In this document: in pieces, positions 1 to 13,631 of the stretch | How the letters are laid out: every line of letters begins with the position of its first letter | Position numbering within the stretch: position 1 is the first letter of the stretch | Source: Mustelus asterias | Taxonomy: Eukaryota | DNA: 64,000 nt | NCBI RefSeq assembly: GCF_964213995.1 | Contig: NC_135809.1 | Coordinates: 109,306,001 to 109,370,000, forward strand | Direction: 5' to 3' | Program-made: the position numbers and the translations under genes | The notes under the pieces: generated by a model | Told to the model about the DNA's origin: nothing | Seen by the model: the letters and a program-made list of their open reading frames with translations, nothing else | The model's database searches: none

Positions 1-526
1 TTGAATTCAAATTCCACCATCTGCCATGGTCCCAGGTCCTCAGAACATTAGTTGAGTTTCCTGATTAATATTTAGCAGTAATACCACTCGGCCATCGCGT
101 CCTCTACCACCAAATCCAGATAACTAATTATCCTTATGCTCACTGACCTACTTTGGTCCTTGGCTCCCCAAAACCCTTAATTTGCAATTCCTGTTCATCA
201 GATCCTTCATAGTGTCACCCCTCCTCAACTCTCTAACCTAAAACCTTTAGACAATTCTGTGTCCCTCCAATTTTGCCCTTGTGCACCCGCCACTCTTTTT
301 GCCCTACTGTTGGCAACTGAATCTTCAGTTCTTTAAGCCCTTGCTTCTAGAATGTGCTTCCTGCGCCTGAACTCCTTGCGCTTTCTCGCCTTTTAAATAG
401 CTTGTGAAAACCTACTGCTTTTGTTCACCCTATCAAATATCTCCTCTTTGTCTTGGATTAAATTTTGATATTGCTACTGTGAAGCACTTGGAATGCTGTA
501 CTGCTTTGAAGGTGTTATATAATTTT

Positions 527-832
527 GGTTAGCACTGTTGCCTCACAGCACTAGGGACCAGGTTCGATAACAGCCTTGGGTGACTGTCTGTGTGGAGTTT
601 GCACATTCTCCCCTTGTCTGCATGGGTTTCCTTCAGGTGCTTCGATTTCCTGTGCAGGTTAGGTGGATTGGCTATGCTAAATTGGCCCTTACTGTCTAAA
701 GATGGTAGGTTAGGTAGATTAGTGGGGTAAATGCATGGGATTACAGGGATAGGACTTGGGTACGGTATCCTGTCAGAGTGTCAGTGCAGACTCAATGGGC
801 TGAATGGCCTCCTTCTGTACTGTAGGAATTAT
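527..832 (+). mobile_element. HE1-like tRNA-derived V-SINE
   Basis: ggttagcactg..ggttcga..gtgtggagtttgcacattctcc core and CR1-like tail; multi-copy in the window. Confidence 0.75.
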
Positions 833-1279
833 GGGATAAATGCTAGATGGTGTTAGGATGGCTGAAGTGACAGGAAGTGCTTTGCTCGTGAGTGTTATGT
901 GCAAGACTAAATATTAAAGATCCATAGCATCTTTATCAAGATCTTCATTTAAAAAATGGGTTAAAGGGATGTGGGGAGGTGAATTTGAGACCAGGAAGAG
1001 ATCAGCCATGATCTGATTGAATGGTGGGACAGGTTCGAAGGGCTGAATTGCCTACTCCTACCCCTAATTCCTATGTTCTTAAGTAAATATTAGGAAATCT
1101 CCCAATGGAGTTGTTTAGTCAGTTAAGGATACACTTCTTTAGAATGATATGTGTGTTTATGAAAGGAATAACTTCAGCGTCACTGATTTACAACAACTGA
1201 ACAAGTGATCATTTTGATTTTGTTTTGCCCTACTGTTATGAATTTTATATATTGATAACTTTGGTCTTAATTATTGCAG

Positions 1280-1642
1280 AGCAAGGGGACTTGATTGTGT
1301 CAATGAATTCGAGAAGTGAGAAAGCTATCGTAAATAAAGATGTTCTTCTCGAATGCCGAGTGTCTGGTTACACGAGAGAAATTGACCTTAAAAATGTGGG
1401 AGTCCAGTGGTTCTACCAAAGATTAGGTGCTCCGGATATGCAAAAAAGAGAGGTATATCAATTCACCAGTGGAAAACATACGCCGTATAGAAAAGGAGCA
1501 ATAATATTTGATGATGAGCTGAAGAAGGGAATTGCTTCCCTTTTTCTTCCAAGCGTGCAGTTTGCTGAAGAAGGAGATTACACTTGTGTTGTTTTTATAA
1601 CCCCAGATACCGGAAGTGGAAAATCATCAATGACTGTTTCAG
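1280..1642 (+). CDS. Gene 1 exon: IgV domain of a B7-H6/NCR3LG1-like protein
   Basis: Acceptor ttattgcag|, donor |gtagga, 363 nt, phase 1-1. Peptide LLECRVSGY..VGVQW..EVYQF..YRKGAI..LKKGIASLFLPSVQFAEEGDYTCVVFITP resembles the B7-H6 V domain (recalled motifs FRPGAI..LKSGDASLRLP..EEAGEYRCEVVVTP). Confidence 0.9.
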
Positions 1643-2356
1643 GTAGGAGTCACTAACAATGATTTCTTTCTTTGTTCGTGTAATCTGTTGAATTGCGACT
1701 GCATTAAAGTTAATACCGGTCAGCCAAGAATAGTCAATAACATTCCACACACACTGGTGTGATATCCAAAATCCAGCAGCTCTGGGATTGAGACTATGGG
1801 ATTTCAGGCTTTCCTGGACAAGTAGTCAAACTGTGCATGCTGGGGGTACCCACAAGCGGCTCGGCAAAGACTTTTAAATGCGAGCGACTGTGACTCTCAA
1901 GCAGGTGTTGGCAGACTAGGGGTAGCCTGGAAATGGGTATAGTAACCAAGAAGGTAGCGGTCAGAAATGGGGACAGCCAGTGGCCAACGGCAGCCTGTGT
2001 TTTCACAATACTCCTTCACCTCCTGGTTTTGTATACATTTTTACATTTTTTTGGTAGAGGCTGACTGGTCTCTTTTAAAGACTGTTGTTTAAGCTGTGTG
2101 TCGTCCTTGGTTGCTGCCTTCGGGGCAAACCAATTGAAAAAAGGGAAGGGGGAGCATAAAATAGGAATTAGACCTTCTATTGGTAGCTGCAAAGACACTA
2201 AGGCCTGTTTCAGCACAGCTCCTGGGTGCCAGTTTTGATGCAGGTTGGATTTCTAGTGACCTGGAAACTGAAGGACCAATTGCTCAAGGAAATGAGTAAA
2301 ATCATTGGCCATTTGTTACCTTCATTGGTTCTATTCTCTCTGGGTGCCTCCTAAAT

Positions 2357-2547
2357 ACAGTAAGAAGTCTCACAACACCAGGTTAAAGTCCAACAGGTTT
2401 ATTTGGTAGCAAATGCCATAAGCTTTCGGAGCGATGCCCCTTCGTCCATTTGGTATTTGCTACCAAATAAACCTGTTGGACTTTAACCTGGTGTTGTGAG
2501 ACTTCTTACTGTGTTTACCCCAGTCCAACGCCGGCATCTCCGCATCA
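2357..2547. mobile_element. Penelope terminal-repeat remnant with inverted duplication
   Basis: ~55-bp inverted arms; TSD tgcctcctaaat at 2345-2356 and 2548-2559. Same sequence as the 60540-60590 terminus. Confidence 0.8.
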
Positions 2548-4628
2548 TGCCTCCTAAATGCCAATACATTCAGATCTATAGTGCTTTGAAAGTAGGGCCA
2601 ACTTAGGAAGAAAAACAACCTGATTCCTCGTGAAATTTTCTTTGGGAATCGTAAAGCTGGATGCTAACTGGTGTTTAGATTCTGGAAGATTTACAGAACG
2701 ATTGCATTGTGACTGACACATAGCACTGCATGGCTACCAATGTTGATTGAAATGTGCAATTTTGGCAAGCTGAGGTGGTGCCGCAATCATCAAATGTGTT
2801 CCGCCTTCATGTTAATAGATCTGTTGAAATGTGTGATTGAAAAGAATAGGCTGCTATTAGAGTATAAGGAGAGATTGCAGGAATCTGGCGATGAACCAAA
2901 GATCTATTCAATGTCAGATGCTGTGTTCAGAAATGGCAGAAATGGCATAAGCAAGGCAAGAGTCAGCACAGAAACCAATACATGGAGATTTGTTGAATTT
3001 ATTTCGCCACTGAGTCTCCTAAAATATCAATTCCAATAAGATAGATACTGTTTACTATTGAAAAAATGTTTCTTTTTTTTAAGTAAACTGGAGCATATTG
3101 TCAGAAACAGATCACTGTCATTGTCACGAAGGAAACTTGCTTTGCAGAGCAATTGGATTGCAAAAGATTTCAATGCTATTTCCCTGGCTTTGACAGTACC
3201 TAACTTGGCCTTGATTGCTGATGGTTTAAAATTTGAAGCCTGTTTTCAAAAGATTATGCATTTGGTTAATATTGTTGCTGTGTATATTTTGTATATGAAA
3301 TATACAATTTTCAAATATAGTGATCTGATCGTCACAAGTTTGGCAAACACCAAAATTCGTTTGGACAATATTGATCTACTGGAATCACTGCACTTAATTT
3401 TTTTTGAAAAAGTCATTCAATTTACTAATTAGAAAGAAACAAAACTATTGCATCAGCATTAACAAAAATGCCACACTTTTAATTGGATCAGATCTTTTGC
3501 TGTTTGATTGCTAAAAATGGAACTTGAATTATTTGTATGGATATTTGAGGAACCCATGTTGAAACAATACGATACAACCCCCACACCTATAGATGCAACT
3601 GTTATGTGTTGTGAGCACCTTCCTTTCCCTCCTCCCCTCTGCATCACCACCCACCCCCAGATTTGGCACCATCATCCTGAAGCTAAATGCACTCCTAAAT
3701 ATACTCAGCCAATGTGTTGAATTTCTTCAAGTGAGACAGGACTTGTTTTTGGCTAGAATGAAGACCGCCTTATACAAAAGCATACAGCATAAATTTTATC
3801 GGGGCCAAGGTGGTCTGCACGGTTATTTTCAATTGTGCAAGAAGATTGGAGAGGATTTTTGTGAGTTCTCAACTCTCCCAGGAGATTCCATGAATTTGTG
3901 TGGATTGGGGACTGTTATATATTGTGATACACAAGGCACCATAACCGGATGAGACTGGCTGATGGGCTAATGGGGTTTTTCCTGTCCAAAATTGTTCATA
4001 TGTCAACATGCTCAGTTCTAAAATCAAGGTAGCATTTCAAACTTGGTGTGTTCTGTCATTAAGTTTATTTAGCAAAACTATTAATGCACCAGCAGGCTAC
4101 CCATATTGCTGATTTAGAGGTACTTTGATACAGAGGGAAAGGGGTGCACAAGATCCTCCAAAGGATTTTGAGAGGACATTGTGTGAATTGAGGTCAAGTA
4201 GCGAAATAATCGTGTTTTCATTCATGCATGGGAAATAAAATGACTTCTTACTGCAGGTTAGAAAAATGTTATCCTCATACATAATGGTTGCATGCAAATA
4301 GTTAAATTGAGCATAACATGGAAAGAGAAAGCTTGTTAATTAACAGCGACATGCTGTGCACTGTTTTACTGCATTATTTTTCTTTTGAATAAAACAATGA
4401 AATGGGAGCATTATGAAGTGTTGGGTTTTCTTAGGGTAGAGAGCCCTAAATATCCTACGCTTTGTCGAGGTACTGCTTTTCCCCACACATTGCGTTTCTC
4501 TCCTTTTGTGAGGAAAGGACATTTGCAACTTTGTTTATTTCAATGTGTGCAGTCATTACATGGCCATATTATGTGAAAGAGTGAAAAAATATGCCTGCGT
4601 TAAACATCTGTTATATTGATCTTCACAG

Positions 4629-4949
4629 CCCTACCAAAGGTGAACTTATCCTCAACTGCAATCACAATTGAGAATGGTACAGAGAAGTCAGTGAAGTGTG
4701 TCAGTTTTGGTTTTTATCCTGTCTTAATTGAAATGAATTGGAAACAGAAAACAAAAGATGGGGAGCAAATCCTTTCAAAACACATCTGTACAGAATCCCC
4801 AGTTAGAAATGATGATGGGACCTACAGTGTTTCTAGTCGCTTGAGGTTGCGTCCAACTCTCCAAGACAATGGCAATACATATATATGCTACGTAAACCAC
4901 CGATCACTTAGTGAAGCTTTGCAATTGACGACTCAACTGACTGTCAAAG
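4629..4949 (+). CDS. Gene 1 exon: extracellular IgC1 domain (B7-H6-like)
   Basis: Acceptor cttcacag|, donor |gtaagt, 321 nt, phase 1-1. C1 motifs KCVSFGFYP..W, NDDGTYSVSSRL, YICYVNHRSL; both canonical Cys present. Confidence 0.92.
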
Positions 4950-5672
4950 GTAAGTTAAATGTTTTTAAGTACTTGCACATGAACTATGCTTTGTATTGAA
5001 AAGTTCAGATACAAAATGAACGCTAAAATTTTACTCAGATCATCGAAATGTACATTTAAGTTTAACGTATTAATCAGAGACTCTTCTATATTTTGGGTTG
5101 AATGATGCTGGTGAAAATGGCAGATGCGAATTTTAGATGAATGTAATAAGTATTTATTGCCTTAACTTCAGGCGGAAGCGTTTTTTTGTTCATATATTCT
5201 AAACTGAAAATACAATGCCCCGATTGTTTTGGGCTCCTATCACAGTTACTAATCTGAACTAAATGAGCTCTGTTGAAGGTTTGTGCTTCTGGAGTTTGAT
5301 GGCAGTATCGAGTCTGACTGAAGTTCTCCACAATTAAACAGCCGATCCAAACTGAGTGTCAAGTTTGTCATATCAGCAATGGCTGCTTTACTGATGCATT
5401 AGATGATAACTAGAGCCTGTGGAACTTTCTGTACAAACTTGAGGAGGGAAAAAAACTAAGTGTGCAGAGCAGTTCAATAATTCTGATTATATTAATTCAC
5501 AGACAAAATTTGTGTTTTATTGTTGCCGGTGATCAAAGTGACTTTTATTTGTGAGGTGTGTGCATTGTTTATACTCAGTGAATTGTCTTAGTTTAAATAA
5601 TTTCCAGCAGCAAGTTTTTGTAAATTTAAAGATTATTTACTAGCTTACTCTTACCCTGAGGTTTTAACACAA

Positions 5673-5884
5673 TGGCTGGAGTTCTCTGGCCTCCCATCAA
5701 TGGATTTCTCTGGAGCGAAACGTGGCACGCTGTTAGCTAGCGTGGGATCAGTTGGTCCTGCCGCTGTAAATGGGATTTCCCATTGTCCCCACTCAACGCC
5801 ACCGGAAACCTGTTGGGGGGGGGGGTGCACGCCCAGCAGGACAAGAGAATCAGCCACGAGCAAACTGCTGGAGAATTCTGGCCA
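5673..5884. mobile_element. Short GC-rich MITE-like element
   Basis: Imperfect TIRs tggctggagttctct / ggagaattctggcca; GC-rich island in an AT-rich intron. Confidence 0.5.
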
Positions 5885-6780
5885 ATATCTCTCACGCTAT
5901 CACACACACACAACAGACAGGGCATGGATAAAAACAGCACAATTGCAAGTTATAATGATTTCAGTCACTTTTGTAGCAGGTCTGTAATTTCTTAGCTGAA
6001 TTGATCTGTAGCTGGACTGGAGTTTGGATAAAAGCAGAGGATTCTCAATAATCTGTGCAGTTCTTACAGTTGAATTGCCAGGAGGTCAGTTGTCTGGTGA
6101 ACTTGAAGATGGGAAGGTTTAGAGGGAGATTCCTTTCCCCTCTTTCAAAGTATTGCCGTTTCACCTTGGCTGTCTTACAGCTGGTCCAATGGCTTTACAG
6201 ATTTTTTTTCCCCAGAATATACTTTATTCATATAATTGGTAGAAGTATATTACAAAACATTTTGACTTGGAAATTACAGAAAGTGTGATAAAGTTCATCT
6301 TTGCATATTCTATTCTTGGGTGCCTCTACACAGTAGTAATACTCTTGATATTTATAATATATATTCCATGTCAAGAATTCAGCTTTGAGGCAAAACATTA
6401 CAAATTTAAAGTGAAATAGAATTCAACTTTTCTCGGTGCTGCATGTTCCACTCTGTGGTCCCTCAATACAATTTCAATGCACCTGATGTTCATAATGGTT
6501 TATTTGTCAGACATGCAACCTGAGAAATTCGACATAGTTTCCAGCCCCTCAGTGTACTATGGCTGAAAGGCCCTAGACAGCAGCCTTTTCCCACTGTGTC
6601 TGTGTAACGGCTGATCCAAGCTCATAGTCCTGGGCCTTAGATTGTGCAGCCTGCAATACTTGATTGACGACCACTCTTTGAACTGAAAGACAGCAAATTT
6701 TGGGCAGACCAATGAGGGTCTTTCACCAAGTTGATGGTCTTGCAGTTGTGTGTGTGTGTTGCTGGAAACCGGCCATAGAA

Positions 6781-7585
6781 CAGTGGTTTTCAACCGGTGT
6801 GCTGCAGCAGCACATTGATGTGCCATCAGAACTGTCCAAGTGTGCCGTGAAATTATGTACAAAGGTAATGAAAATCAATGTAAACCAAGCGTATTGTTTC
6901 ATCTTAAATAATATTCAATCCAACAAAAGCTACAACTTGTAAAGCTCGTGAAAATTTATCGTAAAATACTTCAAGAGTGAGGAATCAGTCTTTCAATTCT
7001 AAAATGTGGACATTCTAAACGCAGTGGCCAAATGGTGAAATTGAGATGACGTGATAGTTTTTACTAGTCACCATAGAAACCAAGCAATGCCGTTTGCGTG
7101 CTTTTTTTATTGATGGTAAAACAAGACCAAAAAAGCTAACAGACACGGCAAAATTAGCCATATCCGCATTTCTTTACCGGATCAATTTTATATCCCTTGA
7201 TCTAAGAAGTAATGGATCAGTTTGATTCCTCTGCTTACTCAGTTCATAAAGCAAAAAGATGAAATTCAGGCACCTGAATTGAATGCTGTGTGGGGAACAG
7301 ATTTAGGGCTATGAATAGTTAGAAATAGTTGAGTTGAGCAGATTTTGAAAATGTGCCTATGCTCACTGTCAAAGATGGTGTATTCTGTGGTGGATCTGAA
7401 ACATAAATGCATTTGATTCTCGTTTACCTTGTATGCACTATGTTGTAAACCTCTCTGGTAAGACTGTGACCATAGTAAATATGATGTTTATGAGCAATTG
7501 ATTCTACTGAAATAAATTGGGTATGCAGTAGAATTGTTTGTCTCACTGAAGTGTGCTGTATTACTGAAAAGGTTGGGAACCACTG
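6781..7585. mobile_element. Non-autonomous hAT (Charlie-like) DNA transposon
   Basis: TIRs cagtggttttcaacc / ggttgggaaccactg; 8-bp TSD ccatagaa/ccatagag. Confidence 0.8.
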
Positions 7586-8323
7586 CCATAGAGCACCAAG
7601 TCCTGTGTCATGGATCTGCTTGGGGAAAAAGCTCTACATAAACCGTTGCATCTTTCTCTGGGCTTTCTTTGCAAAGGCGCACTCCGCAAGAAAGTAGACA
7701 ATCTCTTGGTCTTTTCAAATGGGCTTTCTCATGGTGGTTATCATTAGAATAACTTCTGCTGTTACTTTTAAACAGATACTAAGTGACTGGTCATGCGTTG
7801 TCTAGCCGAACTTAATCTAACCTGGATTTAATACTTAGATGTAACTTTAATGTTAACCATATAGCTGTGGTATTCTGTGACTTGTGTTTCAGTGTTCTCG
7901 GTTCCCCAGCCTGGGAAAACAGTTCTGTGTCTACCCTGTCAAGTCCTCTGGTTTTGAAACAGTTAGATTTTGATCTTTTAGCATTTTCTGGGAAGTTTCC
8001 CACCCAAGATGATTTTTTTGGTGCAACCAAGATTTTAAAACTAAAAGAGTTAAAAAGACAGCACCCTAACCATACAGACCAACCGTAGAAAAGAACCAGA
8101 ATCTTTCAAAAATCTCGTTTCCACTTTTTCTCCTTTAAGACAGTTTTCAAGTTCCGATGTTCAGTACTTATCCAAAGTTGAAAGGAGCAACCAGTAAAGC
8201 GTGTATTTAATTTGAATTTTATCAGTTCTCCTTTAGCTCCGGTGCAAATGCTTTGAAAAATTCAAATTTAGATTTTGAATCTGCTTTTGCTCCTCCTCTC
8301 TTAAGCCTTGCTGGACCCACTCA

Positions 8324-8510
8324 TGGGCAGCATGGTGGCACAGTGGTTAGCACCGCTGCCTCACGGAACCATGTTCAATTCCTGGCTTGGGTCAGTGTCT
8401 GTGTGGAGTCTGCACATTCACCTGAACAGGTGCCGGAATGCGGGATTTTCACAGTGACTTCATTGCAGTGTTAATGTAAGCCTACTTGTGACACTAATAA
8501 ATAAACTAAA
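8324..8510 (+). mobile_element. HE1-like SINE, internally deleted, alternative tail
   Basis: Same head; tail ..cttcattgcagtgttaatgtaagcctacttgtgacactaataaataaact. Confidence 0.7.
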
Positions 8511-9029
8511 GTCCCACTGTATGACCCAACATCTCTCATAGTGGAAAGTTCCACATTCAGTTGATGATCTTCCTCCTTTTCCCTCAGAACCAGCATCAGA
8601 TTTGGTGATCATTTTGCTGAACACCACCAATCTGCCTACAGATGTGGCTCTAAATTTCCTATTGCTTGTTACTTTCTTTCTCCATTCTATTTCCACACTG
8701 ACCTTCCTGTCTCCAACCTTCTGTATCATTCTAGTGAAGCTCAAGATCAGCTCCAGGTACAGCACTTTACCTTTCTATTAAGTACTGTTCGATCTTTTAA
8801 TTTTAATATTGACTTTATAAACTTGGCTGCCACTTTGTCTCTGGTAGGAGCTAATGGTGATTGGGTTCGATGCATTTGTGCTATCAGCTTAGAAAATGCT
8901 GTTAACAAGCAGCCTACATCCTTGGTGTTAACCTGCTTTTATTCTTTTCCCAGGTTCTAGGGTTCCTGGACTTTACCCCACTTTGTCAGTTTTCTGTGCT
9001 GTAATTCTATCTGCCTAACCTCCCGCAGA

Positions 9030-9303
9030 ACCGTAGAATCCTACAGTTCTGAAAGAGGCCATCCAGTCTGCACCTACTCTCTGAAAGAGCATCCTATCCA
9101 GGTCTTCCCGTCTGCCCTATCCTGTAACCCTGTGCATTTACCATGGCCAATCCACCTAACCTGCACATGTTTGGACTGTGGGAGGAAACCCACAGAGACA
9201 CCAGGTGAACGTGCAAAATCCACACGGTCACCCAAGATTGAAATCCAACCCGGATCCCTGGTGCTATGAGGCAGCAGTGCTAACCATTGTGCCACCATGC
9301 CTC
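9030..9303 (-). mobile_element. HE1-like V-SINE
   Basis: Reverse-complement match to the 18433 copy. Confidence 0.75.
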
Positions 9304-9469
9304 AGCTGTTTAAATATACTCTATGTGATGTATATTCCTTGTTTTTTTTTATATACATATATCTTGGGTTTCCTTTTGTTGCATTTTTAGATGCTCCTTT
9401 TCAAATGCTGTTCATTTGTCACATTCTTTATTTCTTTAATGTTGTAATCCAGTTCTATGATTTATGATT

Positions 9470-9793
9470 GGGGCGGCACAGTGGTTTGCGCTGCTGCCTC
9501 TCAGTGCCAGGGGCCTGGGTTCAATTCCGGCCTCGGGTGACTGCCTGTGCAGAGTCTGCATGTTTTCCCCAAATCTGCATGTGTTCCTCCGGGTGCTCTG
9601 GTTTCCTCCCACACTCCAAAGAAGTGTGGGTTAGGTTGATTGGCCATGCTAAATTGCCCTTTAGTGTCAGGTGGATTAACAGGGTAAATACGTGGGGTTA
9701 CGGGGATAGGGCCAAGGTGAGATTGTTGTCGGTGCAGACTCGATGGGCCGAATAGCCTCTTTCTGCACTACAGGCATTCTATGATTCTATGAT
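9470..9793 (+). mobile_element. HE1-like V-SINE
   Basis: Head, V-core and attctatg tail repeat. Confidence 0.78.
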
Positions 9794-10107
9794 CTTTTGA
9801 ATTTATGATTCATTAATGGGTTTGGCAGCTGTTTAAAAATGTTTTCCCCATTCCATCTAATTATACAAATAGCTCTGTCTGCTTTTATTTTGATTCAGCA
9901 TCCAAAAAATTAACTTTTGCTTTCTCTCCACAGATATCACCTGACTAGCAGAATGCTTGTAGTGTTTCCTGTTTCCAATTTCTAGTATCTGTTTTCTTTT
10001 CATTGTGATTTACTGTTGTGCCATGTATAATGAGCTAAGAAAGTTACATCATAGTAACATTTTCATTTCACATAAATATTGTGAAAGATTTTTTCAAAAC
10101 TTTAAGT

Positions 10108-10393
10108 TAAAGTTTATTTATTAGTCACAAGTAGGCTTACATGCATACTGCAATGAAGTTACTGTGAAAATCCCCTAGTCGCCACCTTCTGGCGCCTGTT
10201 CGGGTACACCGAGGGAGAATTTAGCATAGTCAATTCGCCCAACCTGCACATCTTTTGGACTGTGGGAGGAAACCGGAGCATCCGGAGGAAACCCACGCAG
10301 ACACGGAGAATGTGCAAACTCCACACAGACAGTGACCCAAGCTGGGAATCGAACCTGGGTTCCTGGCGCTGTGAGGCAGCAGTGCTAACCACT
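10108..10393 (-). mobile_element. HE1-like SINE, alternative tail
   Basis: Reverse complement of the 37787-38050 type. Confidence 0.78.
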
Positions 10394-10652
10394 GTAATTC
10401 TGGGGCTCAAGTAAAATTGAGGAATGCTGTAATGCTGCAAAGGCTGACTAACTTTTCAGAGGTGGAAGTTAATGTTAATCAGACTGCTGAGCAACCTTTA
10501 ATGTGAAATGTTAAAAATTCTCCACTAACTTGCTGTCCATTTGTAATGTTTTACTGTTTAATATAAGCCATTGCCCTGGAATAAGTCTCAATTTGCAGAT
10601 ATTGCTCCATTTTGCTATTTGCCATTGAAACAAATGTTTATTTTATCTACAG

Positions 10653-10769
10653 AGCCTGAGGTGGTTGTACCAGTGGGGATAATAACTGGATGTGTAATTC
10701 TGAGCATACTGATATGTACAGCGATCATTGGCATTGGATTTTTTATGTATTTGAAGTATCTCAGGAAAG
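10653..10769 (+). CDS. Gene 1 exon: transmembrane segment
   Basis: Acceptor ttttatctacag|, donor |gtaaaa, 117 nt, phase 1-1. EPEVVVPVGIITGCVILSILICTAIIGIGFFMYLKYLRK is a hydrophobic run followed by basic stop-transfer residues (type I topology). Confidence 0.9.
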
Positions 10770-12347
10770 GTAAAATAGCTTTCAAATTACTTGACAGGAA
10801 GTATATATAAACTGTCAGATTATTCTTGATCTGTACTGTGATGGCTCATCACTGTTGGAGATTTGGCCCATAGCTTCTTGGCTCCCCAGTGCCGGTTTTT
10901 GGGGGTAGCACAAAGATGTACTGGGGAATCCCTCTGGGAAGTTTCCAGGTAAAGGTTGACTCGGCAATTGTCCAGAAACGCTAACTTCCTCTGGGCAATT
11001 GCGCTGGGACCCTGTCTGACGAAACGATTTTAATTGCTAACTTTGGATGGTTCTGCCAGTGTTATGCTAAAAGTTCCTCTGAAAGAGTTAGAAGAAATAA
11101 CTTCAGCGTAATCATTTTAAATGCCCAGACCCTGCACAGGATTCCCAACCCCCCTGACCATACCTAAGTGTCTTACCGCACTTCTTTGAAATTTACACTA
11201 GTTAATTTCCTCTGAAAAATAGTTATGGGTCTATGTGCCAGAAGCTCATGAAAATCATGCAGCTAATTGGTACTGATGTATCTGGAGAAACTCTGCGCCC
11301 CACACAGTCGAAACAGCAAAGAATAAATTCAGCTTAAAGTCACAGCTTGAAGCAAACGCATCAATTCGAAAACAAGGCTTTGGGAGATGTGGAGGCTTTT
11401 AGTAAAAACTTTAATAAATTCATTAAAAGACATGAATTTAAATAATATTGAAATTATGTATGTAATTAAAAAGATTTATACATCTCATTTAAACCCTTAC
11501 TTTGTAATTGGATGCAAAAAACTATTTTCCAAATTATTTTGAGTTATTTGTGGGAACTTAGTTCCCATATTTCACAGAATGACTTGGTTACATCAGCACA
11601 ACCAATTTAAACCTGGGTATAGCAATAATATAGTGATAGCAGGAAGTCAAAGGGCAGGCAGCATGTTTGCACATGCAAGTTTTTAAAAACCTGTTTTGGA
11701 TCTCCTGTGATGTTGCTGATAGTGTGTTCTGATTTCTTCTCCTTTGTCTTTGCTTTTGATTTGATTGTGCTGATCTGTGTTAGTCCACCATACTCTGCCT
11801 GTCTTTTGCACACATCCCGTGTGTCTATTTTGCCATCTCCCTCCCTTCTTTTGACACTCATTATGGTGGTTGCCTGCTCTTTTTATGTCCACTGATCTTT
11901 CTCCCAGATCTGTGTTCTGTTTGGGTGTAGCCTCTTCTTTGCTGATGTTCCTCACTATAATGCGGAATGCTAGTTTATTTCATGCATTACTGACCTCTGC
12001 TGTTTTGTTTAATTGCTGCTTTCTGTCCTTGTGTCCTGATGTTTCAGTAATTTTGCCTTAGTTTCATACTTGCTGTGTAATTTGTCTCTGGCTGTCTCTC
12101 TCTCTCTCTCTTTATTTTAACCTGGGGATGCTAATCATTTTAGTCCAGGCAAATTTGTTTCAATAAGAAACATGTCCTCATTTGATTTTATTTTGGCTAA
12201 ATATTAATCTTCCTGTTCTATTATTGTTACTATTTATTATTCCAGTAATAATAGTCAGTCATAGGATGGATTTGTGCTGTTATTTGTTTGAAATGACAGA
12301 CCCTGTGATAAAGAATGGATAAAGTGCTAAATGTTTTTGTTTTAAAG

Positions 12348-12779
12348 TCCCTCCGAAAGTTTCAGACATCAGCAAACCTCCACGGATTGTACATTTGCAA
12401 GAAGCTCTTCTGAATTGTCAGATTTCTGGGTATAGGCCTGAGAATATTTCTGTTAAGTGGTGCCTACAACGAAAAGACAAGAAACCAAATGTGATTTTTC
12501 AGTGGACCCATACCCTTAGCAACATGCAGGATCCTGCATCAGTTGTCCGCCAGAATCTTATTTCAACATGTGAACCTCAATATGGTGAACACGATGAATC
12601 CTTCAAATTTGAGGAGCCTGCTGTTGAGTGCAACAGTGATGGTAGCTCCAGTGTCAATTGCAAAGCCATGTTCTGGCCTGACATGTATAAAGATGATGGA
12701 GCTATTCTTCAGGTTCAAATCGACCATAGTACTCTCGGAAAGCCTATAATTAAGAAAATCAAGCTGAAAGTTGAAGGAA
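12348..12779 (+). CDS. Gene 1 exon: post-TM Ig C1-like domain D1 (long internal loop; F-strand Cys absent)
   Basis: Acceptor tgttttaaag|, donor |gtaagt, 432 nt open, phase 1-1. PPKVSDISKP..LNCQISGYRPENISVKW..NSDGSSSV..DDGAILQVQIDH. Confidence 0.85.
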
Positions 12780-13631
12780 GTAAGTATAAATCCCTCAGTT
12801 AATTTGATTTTGTTTAATTGGTTGGTACACAAAGAGGTACCAATGATGCCAAGCGAACATAACTAAAGAAATCTTGTTTATGAAGTGCATCTTTTTTTGT
12901 TTGACACAGATTAAGCTACCTTGTTAAAGAATGGTTTCCAGAATTATATGGATAAAATGATCCACAACTACACATGTCACCGGAATATTAAGCCACAAAT
13001 TGCTATGTCCATTTTATCTAAGTCCTTCTGTAAATTTTACACTTCGCCCTTCAATTCCACAGCCCCTGTGTTTAGAATTAACTTTACATTAGGTGCAGTT
13101 GTGAAATGCATGCAACAGTGTTGCAACATTTGGAGAGCAGGTACTTTATCGTTTCTCATAGGTCTGTAATTCATCAATCTTGTGCATTTAAATCAGGGGT
13201 TGGCAAATTTTGTTGAGCTGAAGAACATTTTCAAAAAAAAATTCAAACTATTGGGACAAAACAAAAACAATGGAGTAAAGGCATAACCATACCTTTTAGA
13301 GGAAAATAGTTGTTCCTTCAGAAGCTAGGGAATATTATCTGCATATTTGATGCTGTAAGAATAATTTGCTTTAATCTCTCTCTGATGCTTATAAGAATGA
13401 TAATTACTATACAAATTTCAAATAAATTCAATCCAGTCGGGCAAAAATCCAGTTCTTATGTCCCTCGGATAGGTTAAAAAGTTATTTTTGCCTTCAAAGT
13501 TGAATCTTAATGCTACACAGATCTTACATTTGCCTTCAACTTTGTCAGTAATTTCCTAGAGAATCATAGTGTATGTTTCTCTTCACATAGCATTGCAACA
13601 ACTTTTTCTTTCCCCTGAGTTATTGATTTTA

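Noticed and set aside
1-1279. Leader (signal peptide) exon of gene 1
   Set aside because: No convincing ATG-hydrophobic-GT exon found. The hydrophobic start of ORF 1225 (TTG start) is the intron's acceptor tract, so the leader probably lies left of the window.
2357-2547. miRNA-like or regulatory long hairpin
   Set aside because: Explained by the inverted terminal repeat of a Penelope insertion with TSD; the same structure recurs at 40990.
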